Of a stretch of DNA of 47,823 bases, positions 18,410 to 27,626 are shown piece after piece (the stretch's first letter is position 1; each line of letters opens with the position of its first letter). The stretch comes from Parcubacteria group bacterium Licking1014_17. Lineage in GTDB: Bacteria > Patescibacteriota > Minisyncoccia > 2-02-FULL-40-12 > IGHO2-01-FULL-4-A. The notes beneath the pieces were generated by a model. That model had not been told where the DNA came from, did no database searches, and saw only the letters and a program-made list of their open reading frames with translations. The translations under genes and the position numbers were made by a program. The DNA is taken from the NCBI GenBank assembly GCA_007376485.1, contig VMGJ01000004.1, forward strand, positions 72,717 through 120,539, given 5' to 3'.

Positions 18410-19612
18410 CTACAATTTCCCCAAAAATGCCTCTTTCAGCACAGATTTTTTAAGCTCTTCCAAATCTGCTAGCTTTTTGCGATATACCTCCTCCAGTTTC
18501 CTCGTCTCCCCCGCCAACCCATCAAGCTTCTTGACGATGGACTTTTGCTCGGAAAGTGGCGGCAAGAATATTTTATGTTTTTCTATCTTCTCGATCGTTA
18601 AGGCATTGTATGCCGAGCCTTGCGATAACTTCTTTATCTTTTCAACGAATGACATCAAAACAAATTTCATAAAGTACGAATCCGCGGAATCAAAATCCTT
18701 GAACCAAAGTACGTTCCCATCCTTAAAATAGAACTCCTCATTTTTTCCAACCACATAGATCTCACCGATTGTTCCCACGGCAGTCATAAGAATGTCGCCC
18801 TCCAATGGCACACCGAAAACATTTTTAATTTCAGAATATCTTTTTTTAGAAATGAATAACTCCACTGATATATCATGTCCGTTAGCCAGTTCCTTAATCT
18901 CCTTGATTCGATAAAATGGCACACCCTCTTTTACATATTCTTTCTTATAGATTCTCTTGCTTGATGTGATTTGCCCCAGTTCTTCAAGTCTCTTCTCTGC
19001 CCATCCCTTCCCCGGATTCGCAAACGCACCTTGTAAATATGACTCGAAAAGCTCGCGGGCGTTGCGCAAATTCTTTTCCGCATTCTCCTTCGCCTTCTCC
19101 ACCCCCTCAAAAACCTCATCCAACTTCCCTACAATCCGCCTCTGCTCGGCGATCGACGGGAGTGGGATTTCGATCATTCCTAAATTCTTCCGGCTAATTC
19201 TTTTTCTCGTTGTACCCGATGTTTTAGATTCAACATCTTGCAAATATTGATTTGTTTGTAAGTAGTAGTTAAAAAAATGCGGTAGTACTGCCTTATCTAG
19301 TCTTAAAATACTACAATCGACAGCTGTGATCATCTTCTCTTTAATATCAGGAATGACGCAAGCCCTACCGACAGGATCAGGTAAGCGCGACACCAAAATG
19401 TCGCCAGGCATTATTTCTGTGCATTTTAATCTTTTGAACGTCTTTTCAGAAATGTATCTCGCCTTTCCTCCCCTGTTTTTAAAAATTCCATTTCCTATAT
19501 TACCAGTTTGAATAAGCCGAATCCCTTCGTCTGATTGATCCTTGCTTTCAATCCAATTGCCGTCGGTAAAGAAATCACAAACCTCGCCAAGTTTTTTGGT
19601 TCGCCAGGTCAT
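18410..19612 (-). CDS. hsdS: Type I R-M specificity subunit
   Basis: Two TRDs; W..KKLGEVC, IPLPSIAEQRRIV, LPPLSEQK.IV and LKKSVLKEAF.GKL. Confidence 0.95.
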   Translation of the reverse strand: MTWRTKKLGEVCDFFTDGNWIESKDQSDEGIRLIQTGNIGNGIFKNRGGKARYISEKTFKRLKCTEIMPGDILVSRLPDPVGRACVIPDIKEKMITAVDCSILRLDKAVLPHFFNYYLQTNQYLQDVESKTSGTTRKRISRKNLGMIEIPLPSIAEQRRIVGKLDEVFEGVEKAKENAEKNLRNARELFESYLQGAFANPGKGWAEKRLEELGQITSSKRIYKKEYVKEGVPFYRIKEIKELANGHDISVELFISKKRYSEIKNVFGVPLEGDILMTAVGTIGEIYVVGKNEEFYFKDGNVLWFKDFDSADSYFMKFVLMSFVEKIKKLSQGSAYNALTIEKIEKHKIFLPPLSEQKSIVKKLDGLAGETRKLEEVYRKKLADLEELKKSVLKEAFLGKL

Positions 19613-19959
19613 TATTTAGGGGTTAACTGAGTGGCAAATTGATCCAATGATGCCACTTTCTTAATCTTTCCATTATAGACTCGCGACCTATAGTACAGAG
19701 CGACCACCGCACTGATTATTGCCAAAAAGGTAAAAGCGAACGCACTCCATAAAAGAGATGGGCTTTTGGCGCTCGTAATATACGCCGTCCAAAATCCTAC
19801 AGCGATGGAAAGCGAAATTGAAGCAAGTGAGAAAAAAACTTCATAATGACGAAGTTCATTCCCCTGTACAAGTTCTATTTGTACGCAAGAAGGTAAATAA
19901 ACCTCTACGGAAGTTTCATTTTTTGTTGCACCTGTTTTGGTTTTAATGGTTTGCTTCAA
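19612..19959 (-). CDS. Hypothetical membrane protein with two TM helices
   Basis: Two hydrophobic stretches (VFFSLASISLSIAVGFW; LLWSAFAFTFLAIISAVVALYY); stop coupled to the hsdS start. Confidence 0.75.
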   Translation of the reverse strand: MKQTIKTKTGATKNETSVEVYLPSCVQIELVQGNELRHYEVFFSLASISLSIAVGFWTAYITSAKSPSLLWSAFAFTFLAIISAVVALYYRSRVYNGKIKKVASLDQFATQLTPK

Positions 19960-19966
19960 GATAACG

Positions 19967-20401
19967 TTATTTAGTAAGTTCGGTCTCTACTATATTTTCT
20001 CCGGTTGCAGTTAGTTCCCATGCTTTCTTTGAATCTTTTTTTTCTTCTGCCTCCATAATACGGCCTCCGCGGATATTCATGTTTATTTTGTCATTAATAT
20101 TTAGCGGTAATGGAATCTTTGCTAAACGGAAGGCTTTTTTCAGATCATCAGTGTTAAACGGCATTATATTCTCCATATGTTCAATAAAGTATGCAATTAC
20201 TAGTGTACGCTTAACGTCATCGTCCACTTTTTTTGTCATAAGAAATTCCTTAATCGACAATTTCTTAATGTTACCCTGCGAGATAGTGGGCTCGTTACTA
20301 CTGAGCTGATTTTTTTCTAGTTTTTCAATCCTTTTTTCAATTCGTTGTTCAAATTTATCCATACGCGCCAATATTTTATGTTCAAAATCGTTATTCTCCA
20401 T
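19967..20401 (-). CDS. Hypothetical protein: N-terminal coiled coil plus a probable winged helix
   Basis: Ends W.LT.TGE, typical of wHTH wings; tight operon spacing. Confidence 0.7.
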   Translation of the reverse strand: MENNDFEHKILARMDKFEQRIEKRIEKLEKNQLSSNEPTISQGNIKKLSIKEFLMTKKVDDDVKRTLVIAYFIEHMENIMPFNTDDLKKAFRLAKIPLPLNINDKINMNIRGGRIMEAEEKKDSKKAWELTATGENIVETELTK

Positions 20402-20402
20402 A

Positions 20403-20798
20403 TTATTGTTGATTATTTTTTTTAAATCGTGCTATGACCCGTAGAAGTTTATAATTGGGCAAATAGTATTGGCCCTTGTCAGACTTAATATCCTTTGATT
20501 CAAGAAGTTTTTTTAGAGTGTTTTTGATACTTCCCTCTGGTGCAATTTCCAATTTGATAATTTCCAGTGGCGTAATCTTTTCATCTGAACCAAGAACAAG
20601 ACTTCTTGCCTTTACGGCACAGAGCACGATAAGAATTCTGTCAGCGTTTGTTAGTTCAAGAAACGTTCCTGAAAAATCAAAAGATTGTGTCTCCTTATTT
20701 ATTGACAAATATGGAGACAGCAAATCTGCGAGAGCCTGCCTATCGACCGCCTGTGATTCACTAACAATCAATTTTTGAAGTGGGTCTGATTGATTCAT
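20403..20798 (-). CDS. Hypothetical protein, probable winged helix
   Basis: ITPLEI...PEGSIKNTLKKL....I.SDKGQYYL pattern. Confidence 0.7.
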   Translation of the reverse strand: MNQSDPLQKLIVSESQAVDRQALADLLSPYLSINKETQSFDFSGTFLELTNADRILIVLCAVKARSLVLGSDEKITPLEIIKLEIAPEGSIKNTLKKLLESKDIKSDKGQYYLPNYKLLRVIARFKKNNQQ

Positions 20799-20920
20799 AA
20801 TTTTTAGTTATTTTTTACTCTCATAATTACTATTGTACTCCTGCATAGAAATAAATCAAGTCTTATATAAGTGACTTTCGCATTGAAATAGTTTTTATGT
20901 TCGCGGCTCCTGTAAGTACA

Positions 20921-20954
20921 ACAAAAAAACCCTTATATATAAGGGTTTTTTTGT
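20921..20954. terminator. Perfect 34-bp palindrome downstream of hsdM
   Basis: ACAAAAAAACCCTTATA|TATAAGGGTTTTTTTGT. Confidence 0.65.
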
Positions 20955-20997
20955 CATAATCCTTAGACACTCTAAGTCTGTAATAGTAACTGTATTT

Positions 20998-22452
20998 TTA
21001 CACCATTGATGCTATCTTTTCTAAGTTATCCACAGCCTCTGCATCTAACATCTTTATTTCTTTCAAAAGCTCTTTTGGACTTCGTAGTGCCACTTCCCCA
21101 CTTTTGTTGGGGTTTTTGACGGAGAGGTCGAAGGTGGTGGGGTCGATTTTGGAGGCGTCCACGCTCCATGAATTCTCGGAGTCGGTTTTGGTTTTTTGGA
21201 GATTTACGAAGTCGGCAAGATCGGATTCGTTGAGCGGATTGGTTTTGCCAAGATTGCGGGAAAGATTAAGCTGATAGTACCAGATTTTCTTGGTTGGCGC
21301 GCCTTTTTCAAAAAACAAGATTACTGTTTTGACACCGGCACCGGCAAAGACACCGCCGGGCAGATCAAGCACAGTGTGGAGATTGCAGCTTTCAAGGAGT
21401 AACTTGCGCAAACTGACCGAGGCATTGTCGGTGTTGGAAAGAAAAGTATTTTTAATAACGATACCCGCTTTGCCACCGGCTTTAAGAATTTTTACAAAAT
21501 GCTGGAGGAATAGAAATGCCGTCTCGCCGGTTTTGATGGGAAAGTTCTGTTGAATTTCTCTTCCTATGCCGGCGCCGAAAGGCGGATTTGCCAGAATAAT
21601 ATCATAGCGGTGTTTTTCTTGAATGTCGTTTATGTTTTCTGCAAGGGTGTTGGTATGAAGAATATTCGGGGCTTCAATGCCATGCAGAATCATATTCATT
21701 ACGCCGATAATATAAGCAAGTGATTTTATTTCTTTGCCATAGAATGTGTCTTTTTGAAGTTTTACTGATTCAGCAGTCGATAAATCATTACTTTTCTTCA
21801 GATAGTCAAAAGCCTCCACAAGAAAACCCGCCGAGCCACACGCGCCATCGTAAATCTTGTTGCCAACTTTGGGCGCAACTACTTTAACAATTGCCTTAAT
21901 GAGCGGCCGGGGCGTGTAATACTCTCCGCCGTTGCGGCCGGCATTACCCATCTTTTTAATTTTCTCTTCGTAAAGATGGGAAAGCTCATGTTTTTCATGG
22001 TCGGTACGAAAGTGCATACCGTCAACAATATCCAAAACCTCGCGAAGTCTGTATCCGCTCTGTATCTTATTTTTCAGCTCAATAAATATCTCGCCGATTT
22101 TGTATTCAATAGTGTCCGGGCTGTCGGCTTCTGCTCTGAATTTTTTCAGATATGGGAATAGTTTGTCATTCACGAAATCTCTTAAATCATCGCTCGTGAG
22201 CGCTTTATTATGATCCAGCTTGCCGTCGGCTGTTTTTGGTTCGACCCACGCCTCCCAGCGATATTGCGGGGCGATAATAAATTCGTGCTTCTTGCCGGCA
22301 AGCGCCGCTTCAGTCTTTTTAGTCTGCTCTAAATCATCAAGATATTTCAAGAAAAGAATCCATGAAGTTTGCTCGATATAATCAAGCTCGGTGGCGCATC
22401 CCGCGTCCCGGTGCAGTATATCATCTATATTTTTGAAAGATTGTTCAAACAT
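20998..22452 (-). CDS. hsdM: Type I R-M N6-adenine methyltransferase subunit
   Basis: GEYYTPR, YDGACGSAGFL and LANPPF motifs. Confidence 0.96.
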   Translation of the reverse strand: MFEQSFKNIDDILHRDAGCATELDYIEQTSWILFLKYLDDLEQTKKTEAALAGKKHEFIIAPQYRWEAWVEPKTADGKLDHNKALTSDDLRDFVNDKLFPYLKKFRAEADSPDTIEYKIGEIFIELKNKIQSGYRLREVLDIVDGMHFRTDHEKHELSHLYEEKIKKMGNAGRNGGEYYTPRPLIKAIVKVVAPKVGNKIYDGACGSAGFLVEAFDYLKKSNDLSTAESVKLQKDTFYGKEIKSLAYIIGVMNMILHGIEAPNILHTNTLAENINDIQEKHRYDIILANPPFGAGIGREIQQNFPIKTGETAFLFLQHFVKILKAGGKAGIVIKNTFLSNTDNASVSLRKLLLESCNLHTVLDLPGGVFAGAGVKTVILFFEKGAPTKKIWYYQLNLSRNLGKTNPLNESDLADFVNLQKTKTDSENSWSVDASKIDPTTFDLSVKNPNKSGEVALRSPKELLKEIKMLDAEAVDNLEKIASMV

Positions 22453-22673
22453 AGGGATTAAAAACGACGTCAGATACTTTTTCCCTTATTTGTCGGCATT
22501 TTACCTCATTTCCGGGAAATTTTCAATGGTGATTTTTATCTTAATGCATTTCGGACTGGCCAGGACAAAAAAGATGTTAATATTTTCCTGTTCAGAGATC
22601 CCCTATTTTCTTGACCCCTCAAAACAAAAATTGGCAAAAATGCCAATTATAAGGGGGGTGGTTGGTTTTTTGT

Positions 22674-23267
22674 TTATTGTTGTTTAATTAATCGGATAAG
22701 TTCGGGAAATTCTTTCTGGTTGAAATGCCCGCGGTCTTTAAATATGATCGCCTTGGCTTTTGGCAGTTGTTTCCGAAACGCTGCGAGCTCACTGAACGGA
22801 ACAGAGGGGTCGTCTTTGCTGTGAAAAAGGTAAATATTTTTTGTTTGTTCACTTATCTTTTTTAGAGATTTCGGAAGTAAAAAATCCCCTATGTCCTCGG
22901 TTCTATTGTGTGGTGAAGCAATAAGAAACAACTTCTTAATCCGCTTTGGAAAATCATTTTCCGCTAAATATTTTGCGAGAAACATCCCGCCGAGAGAATG
23001 ACCGATAAGAATAACCTCACCATTTAAGAATGGGAACATTCTCTCAAACCAAATTTTCCATTCTTCATATCGGGCGTTCGTTTTATTCGGCATTCGCGGC
23101 ATGAGAACGTCATAACTTTTTCCAAGCTTTTGAGGTAATGTCACCTTCCAGTCCTTATAGTGCCTAAATTTATCAATAGTGACTTCCCAATTTTTGAGTG
23201 ATGAGATGTATTCTTTATAGGTATTAAACGAATCCCCGCCCTGAATTACTATAATTTGTTTTGCCAT
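22674..23267 (-). CDS. RBBP9/YdeN family alpha/beta hydrolase
   Basis: GHSLGG, HSKDDPSVP and GHF catalytic triad motifs. Confidence 0.9.
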   Translation of the reverse strand: MAKQIIVIQGGDSFNTYKEYISSLKNWEVTIDKFRHYKDWKVTLPQKLGKSYDVLMPRMPNKTNARYEEWKIWFERMFPFLNGEVILIGHSLGGMFLAKYLAENDFPKRIKKLFLIASPHNRTEDIGDFLLPKSLKKISEQTKNIYLFHSKDDPSVPFSELAAFRKQLPKAKAIIFKDRGHFNQKEFPELIRLIKQQ

Positions 23268-23288
23268 AAATTTATTTAACTAGACTAC

Positions 23289-23395
23289 CCCGAAAAATAC
23301 AAGCGAGCCGACTTTTTTGAGGGCTCTTGAGATTGCCGCCTTTCCAATCGGGGAATGTGTCTTTAAGCAGTACAGCGAGCCAGTTGGCGGACTGC
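23289..23395 (+). repeat. Truncated or miniature tandem-G.A family element D
   Basis: 23352-23385 matches 37931-37964 at 32/34; 23289-23323 forms CCC-GA-AAAA..TTTT-GA-GGG. Confidence 0.7.
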
Positions 23396-24085
23396 CTACC
23401 AGCTCTTTTTCATCAGCGCGTCTTCGGCTGCCGCTTGCTGGGCTTCCTGTTTGGACGAACCGACGCCTTCGCCGATAAGTTCTTTATTTAAATAAACGCC
23501 TATCCGGAATTGTTTCATGTGGTCGGGACCCCAATTTTCCAAAACTTCATAAGAGGGCGTAATTCCCGTCCGCTCCTGCGCTTCTTCCTGCAAACTGCTT
23601 TTCGGGTCTTTATAGCTTTTTTCCTTGAGGACGGTTGTGAGTTCCGGCAGAAGATATCTTGAAATAAAAACTTTGGTGGCTTCATAGCCGCCGTCAAGAT
23701 AAACGGCGCCAATGACGGCTTCCATAGCGTTGGCTAGAATATATTGCCTCGCCCGCCCGCTGTCTTTTGCTTCTCCTCTTGAGAGAAGGATGTGCGAATT
23801 CAAATCAAACTTAGACGAAATCACGGAGAGCATATCGGCATTCACCAAAGCCGAACGCCAGCTGGTCAGTTCGCCTTCGGGATTCGGGAAATTTTCGTAC
23901 AAGTATTCGGTGACAACCAGTTCAAGCGCCGCGTCGCCCAAAAACTCCAGCCGTTCGTTGTGCGGCAGCCGCCAGTCGGGATTTTCGTTGAGATACGAAC
24001 GATGGGTAACCGCCTGCAAAAGCAGGTCTTTGTTTTTAAAACTATAACCTAAAGATTTTTCCAGCTGCGAGATATTGTTTTCCAA
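23396..24085 (-). CDS. rnc: Ribonuclease III
   Basis: HNERLEFLGDA signature and a C-terminal dsRBD (DPKS.LQE). Confidence 0.97.
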   Translation of the reverse strand: MENNISQLEKSLGYSFKNKDLLLQAVTHRSYLNENPDWRLPHNERLEFLGDAALELVVTEYLYENFPNPEGELTSWRSALVNADMLSVISSKFDLNSHILLSRGEAKDSGRARQYILANAMEAVIGAVYLDGGYEATKVFISRYLLPELTTVLKEKSYKDPKSSLQEEAQERTGITPSYEVLENWGPDHMKQFRIGVYLNKELIGEGVGSSKQEAQQAAAEDALMKKSW

Positions 24086-24151
24086 AATGGTAGCCCCTTA
24101 CATGCGGATGCTTCAGATATTTCATCGGCAGCATTCGCATGAAAAGGAAAT

Positions 24152-24613
24152 TTATTGTTGCTCTTTTTTGGGCGGGTGACTGTCCTTTCCGGGCTCTCCT
24201 ATCTCGCGGTAAATCGTGCCAAGCACTCCGTTAATGAATCTGCCCGAAGCCGAACCGCCGAATGTTTTTGCCAATTCTATGGATTCGTTGATAGCCACTT
24301 TAGGCGGGACTTCTTCGTGATTGCCGAAAAGAAGTTCGTAAATGCCGAGCCGGAGCACCGCCCTGTCCACCATGGCGATTTGGTCTATGGGCCACTGCGG
24401 CGCCGCTTTCTCGATTATGGGGTCGATCTGGTCGATTTTCTTCACGGCTCCCTTAGCCAGTTTGTCAATAAATTCAGTATCTTCTATGCCCGGGCCGAAC
24501 TCTTTAATATTATGCTCGATAATCGAAGGCAGAAGTTCCATCTTCTTGCCTTTGAAATCCCATTCATAAAGGGATTGCATCGCGATACTTCTTGATAAAT
24601 GTCTGGAAGCCAT
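24152..24613 (-). CDS. nusB: Transcription antitermination factor NusB
   Basis: [27 protein letters not shown] and FINGVL motifs. Confidence 0.96.
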   Translation of the reverse strand: MASRHLSRSIAMQSLYEWDFKGKKMELLPSIIEHNIKEFGPGIEDTEFIDKLAKGAVKKIDQIDPIIEKAAPQWPIDQIAMVDRAVLRLGIYELLFGNHEEVPPKVAINESIELAKTFGGSASGRFINGVLGTIYREIGEPGKDSHPPKKEQQ

Positions 24614-24618
24614 AAACT

Positions 24619-24840
24619 TTATTTTTTAGCCTTCTGTTTCTTTTCTTTCTTTTTCATTTCTCTCGCTATAACATTAACAATTTCTTTGCCGCCGTAATAC
24701 CCGCAATTATTGCACATGCGATGAGACATCATCGGTTTCTTGCAATGTGAGCACGGAACCAAAGCTAAACGCGACAAACCGAGATGGCTTCTACGCCTCC
24801 CTTTTTGGGCTCTGGTTGAGTGGGCTCGTGGTACTCCCAT
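24619..24840 (-). CDS. rpmF: 50S ribosomal protein L32 (zinc-ribbon type)
   Basis: MGVPR..RRRSH and CxxC..H..CxxCGYY. Confidence 0.95.
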   Translation of the reverse strand: MGVPRAHSTRAQKGRRRSHLGLSRLALVPCSHCKKPMMSHRMCNNCGYYGGKEIVNVIAREMKKKEKKQKAKK

Positions 24841-24892
24841 AGTCAGCCAAATCTAACACAGCTTGAACCGATTTACAAGCGTTTGAGAAAAA

Positions 24893-26608
24893 TTATTGGT
24901 TGTCTACGGTTACGATAAATCCGGTTTCGTTGCTGGTTCCGAGATTATTGGTGATTGAAACTCTGTATTCTCCGGTTATGATAGGCCTGATTCCGGGATT
25001 GCACGGCGGATCCATAAGAACGCAGGACGGAGTGATGTTTTGAGGGACGGTGAAGATTAGGGATTTTCCGTCTGCCGAGGACACATCCATGATAATACTG
25101 ATGCCGAAATTAACGGTATTTGAAAGGGTGAATCCCTTGCCTATAACCATGACTCTTGTGCCCACCGGACCCGAAATTACGTCGGTGTAGAAAATCGTCG
25201 GCTTCAGCGGAATGACAGCATTTACCGTGACTTCTTTTGGAGCGGTCACATCCGTTTGTACTTTGACTTTATAGGTCGCCTCTTTATTGTATGTATGAGA
25301 CACGGATATTACGTTACTGGTGAAATTCCCCCCGAGTTTACAGGGATTTGTTACCAATTTGGTGCCGTCGCCGAAATCCCAAGTTAAGGGAGCATCGCAG
25401 TTGGTAAAATTTGATATCGTGGCTTCCAAAGTCACTTTGAACGGAATGTTGCCGGAGGTTTCGAGCGGCAGCACTTCTATGGACGGTTTCGGCGTAGGGG
25501 TAATTTGAGACACGGGCTTAGCCGGCGCGGAAGTTGGACTGGCGGTCGGGTTCGAAGCAGGTTCGGCTGAAGGAGCCGGCGTATTGCTTTCGGGCGACAG
25601 CACATTTTTAACCTCGCCGCTTATTTTATCTTCAACGTTGATCAATGCATCGGCGTTTGAAGCCAAAATTGTGGCTTCCTGAATGTGGCTTATCGCGCTC
25701 TGGTAATCATTGTTATCCAGTTCCGTTTTAGCGGTAAGCAGGATATCGTTTGCCCGGGATAATTGATTTTGGGCTTCCTTCAGGGAATCACTGCTGCCGC
25801 TCGCAACACTTATGGAATCGGCGATGTTCTTAATTTCACCGGATGCGGCATCGTAGGAATTTTGGGTCATTGCCTTGGCATCGGCCGCCGGCTCGTTATT
25901 TATGGTATCTTGCTTCCTCTGAACAATGCCGGCGTTTTTATCGTTAAGGATGGCGACGGTTTTATCAACTGCTTCGATAGTGGTGAGTATCTGCGCTTTC
26001 GGACCGTTGGTGGTTTTCTCTTCCAACCTTTTCAGAATTTCACGATGCGCGTTCAAAGCAGCCTTGAATTTGATGGAAGTCATCAAGGCTTTATCCGGAT
26101 TTATTGTTTCCAGTTTGGATATTTCCTTTTCCGCCCTCTGGAGCTGTGTTTCCAGAACTGTGCCCGTTTCTTTCAGCACTTTCGATCCGGTATTCTTTGA
26201 GGCGCTGACTTCGGTGGTTTCGCGTAAACGTTCGCCGGCAAGCATGACCTCAAAATCAGCCCTGCTGCCGACGTCCAGTTTCATCGCGGCTTTCAGCCGT
26301 TCATTGATATTTATTTTCCAGCCGTAAAGTGCGTCGCCCGGCTTTGCCCCGCGCGCGGCGGCGCTCAAGCTGCCGCCTAAAACCAGAACTACCGTTAAAA
26401 CAACCGGAGCCATTTTCCAGCCGATGCCGTTAAATACTTTTAAAAGATTGGCAACCGGCGATACCTGCCATTTGGTTTTCGCCGCTTGAATCAATGGCTT
26501 GGTTTTTACGTACGCCAAAAGTTTCTGCCTATTTAACTCAAGCCAGTTTTTGTCGGCGAACTCCGCCTTTTTTATTTCTTCCAGATTTTTGAATATGTCT
26601 CTGTTCAT
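24893..26608 (-). CDS. Membrane-anchored DUF5667-like protein with helical region, Pro/Ser linker, PKD-like and IPT/TIG-like domains; candidate anti-sigma factor
   Basis: TM helix then A.PGD.LY..K...E; WDFGDG..SHTY; GPVGT.V...GKGFT; starts 3 nt after the ECF sigma stop. Confidence 0.75.
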   Translation of the reverse strand: MNRDIFKNLEEIKKAEFADKNWLELNRQKLLAYVKTKPLIQAAKTKWQVSPVANLLKVFNGIGWKMAPVVLTVVLVLGGSLSAAARGAKPGDALYGWKININERLKAAMKLDVGSRADFEVMLAGERLRETTEVSASKNTGSKVLKETGTVLETQLQRAEKEISKLETINPDKALMTSIKFKAALNAHREILKRLEEKTTNGPKAQILTTIEAVDKTVAILNDKNAGIVQRKQDTINNEPAADAKAMTQNSYDAASGEIKNIADSISVASGSSDSLKEAQNQLSRANDILLTAKTELDNNDYQSAISHIQEATILASNADALINVEDKISGEVKNVLSPESNTPAPSAEPASNPTASPTSAPAKPVSQITPTPKPSIEVLPLETSGNIPFKVTLEATISNFTNCDAPLTWDFGDGTKLVTNPCKLGGNFTSNVISVSHTYNKEATYKVKVQTDVTAPKEVTVNAVIPLKPTIFYTDVISGPVGTRVMVIGKGFTLSNTVNFGISIIMDVSSADGKSLIFTVPQNITPSCVLMDPPCNPGIRPIITGEYRVSITNNLGTSNETGFIVTVDNQ

Positions 26609-26610
26609 GA

Positions 26611-27108
26611 TTAAACCATTGATTTCAATTTTTCGACTGCTCTGTGAAGAATGACTGAAGCGTTATTCTCGGTAATGTCCATCGCTTGAGCCACTTCTTT
26701 GATCGAGAGGTCGTTGATGTAGCGCAAAATAATCGCCTCCCGATAATTATCCGGCAGCTGGTGAAGTTTCTTCCTGATATCATTCACCATGCCTTTTTGG
26801 TCCACGTCCTGAATGAAATCGCTCTCCTCCGGAATATCTATCGGGTTATCGGGATTGTCCAGCGACACTTCCCTTGCCTCCTTGTTTTTCCGGTAGTGGT
26901 CTATTATCAGGTTGTGGGCTACTTGGTATAAAAATGCTCGGATGCTGTCTATCTTATTGCCGGCGCTTATGTAATCCCAAACGCGCGTGAAAACCAGGGA
27001 AGCTAGATCTTCCGCGTCTTCTTTTGAGTTAACCCTGAAGTAGCAATATTTGAATATCCTCTGGGCGTACTCATCATATACGGCGATGAAAGACTGGTCA
27101 TCCAACAT
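26611..27108 (-). CDS. ECF RNA polymerase sigma factor
   Basis: DAEDL...VF, FLY.VA.N..IDHYRK and region 4 LSIKEVA...V.LHRA. Confidence 0.94.
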   Translation of the reverse strand: MLDDQSFIAVYDEYAQRIFKYCYFRVNSKEDAEDLASLVFTRVWDYISAGNKIDSIRAFLYQVAHNLIIDHYRKNKEAREVSLDNPDNPIDIPEESDFIQDVDQKGMVNDIRKKLHQLPDNYREAIILRYINDLSIKEVAQAMDITENNASVILHRAVEKLKSMV

Positions 27109-27242
27109 ATTTAGACGTTTTTACTGGGCTTTTATTACATTATGCCAGTTGGCGGATTATAGCACAAATTACGGCTGTTCTTAATAAAATAAAGCCGCCG
27201 CCTCGCGGTGGCTCTAAAATAAAGAAAGTATGTCGGGTTTTG

Positions 27243-27479
27243 TCATGAATTTATGGCTAATTTCCCTCTTTCGGTCAGGCGGGGTTTGCCGTCGATTTCA
27301 TGGATAAATCCCGCGGCGGCCATTCTATCAAGAAGAGGCAGAATTACGGTCGGATTTACTTCGTAGCCGCGGCGCCTAAGTTCTTTTTCAATCACTTCCA
27401 CCGGAGCCTGATTGCTGAAAAGTCCTGAATTTGCCGCCGCTCTTAAAAAATCCTTGGCGAATCTGATTTTCTCTCCCAT
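27243..27479 (-). CDS. Small hypothetical protein, possible winged helix
   Basis: SD AGGAGGG before the ATG; ends ..LTERGK; hairpin downstream (27191-27215). Confidence 0.6.
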   Translation of the reverse strand: MGEKIRFAKDFLRAAANSGLFSNQAPVEVIEKELRRRGYEVNPTVILPLLDRMAAAGFIHEIDGKPRLTERGKLAINS

Positions 27480-27626
27480 TTTTGAACCCTCCTGACCATT
27501 AAGACGATATTTTTAATGAATACTTACACTTATGTCAATTATGTGTTCTGGTAGGGACGGACGATTAAGCAAAATCTTACACTTGTCAAAATTGTTTTTT
27601 AGCCCGCGGGAGTATAGAATATTCCC

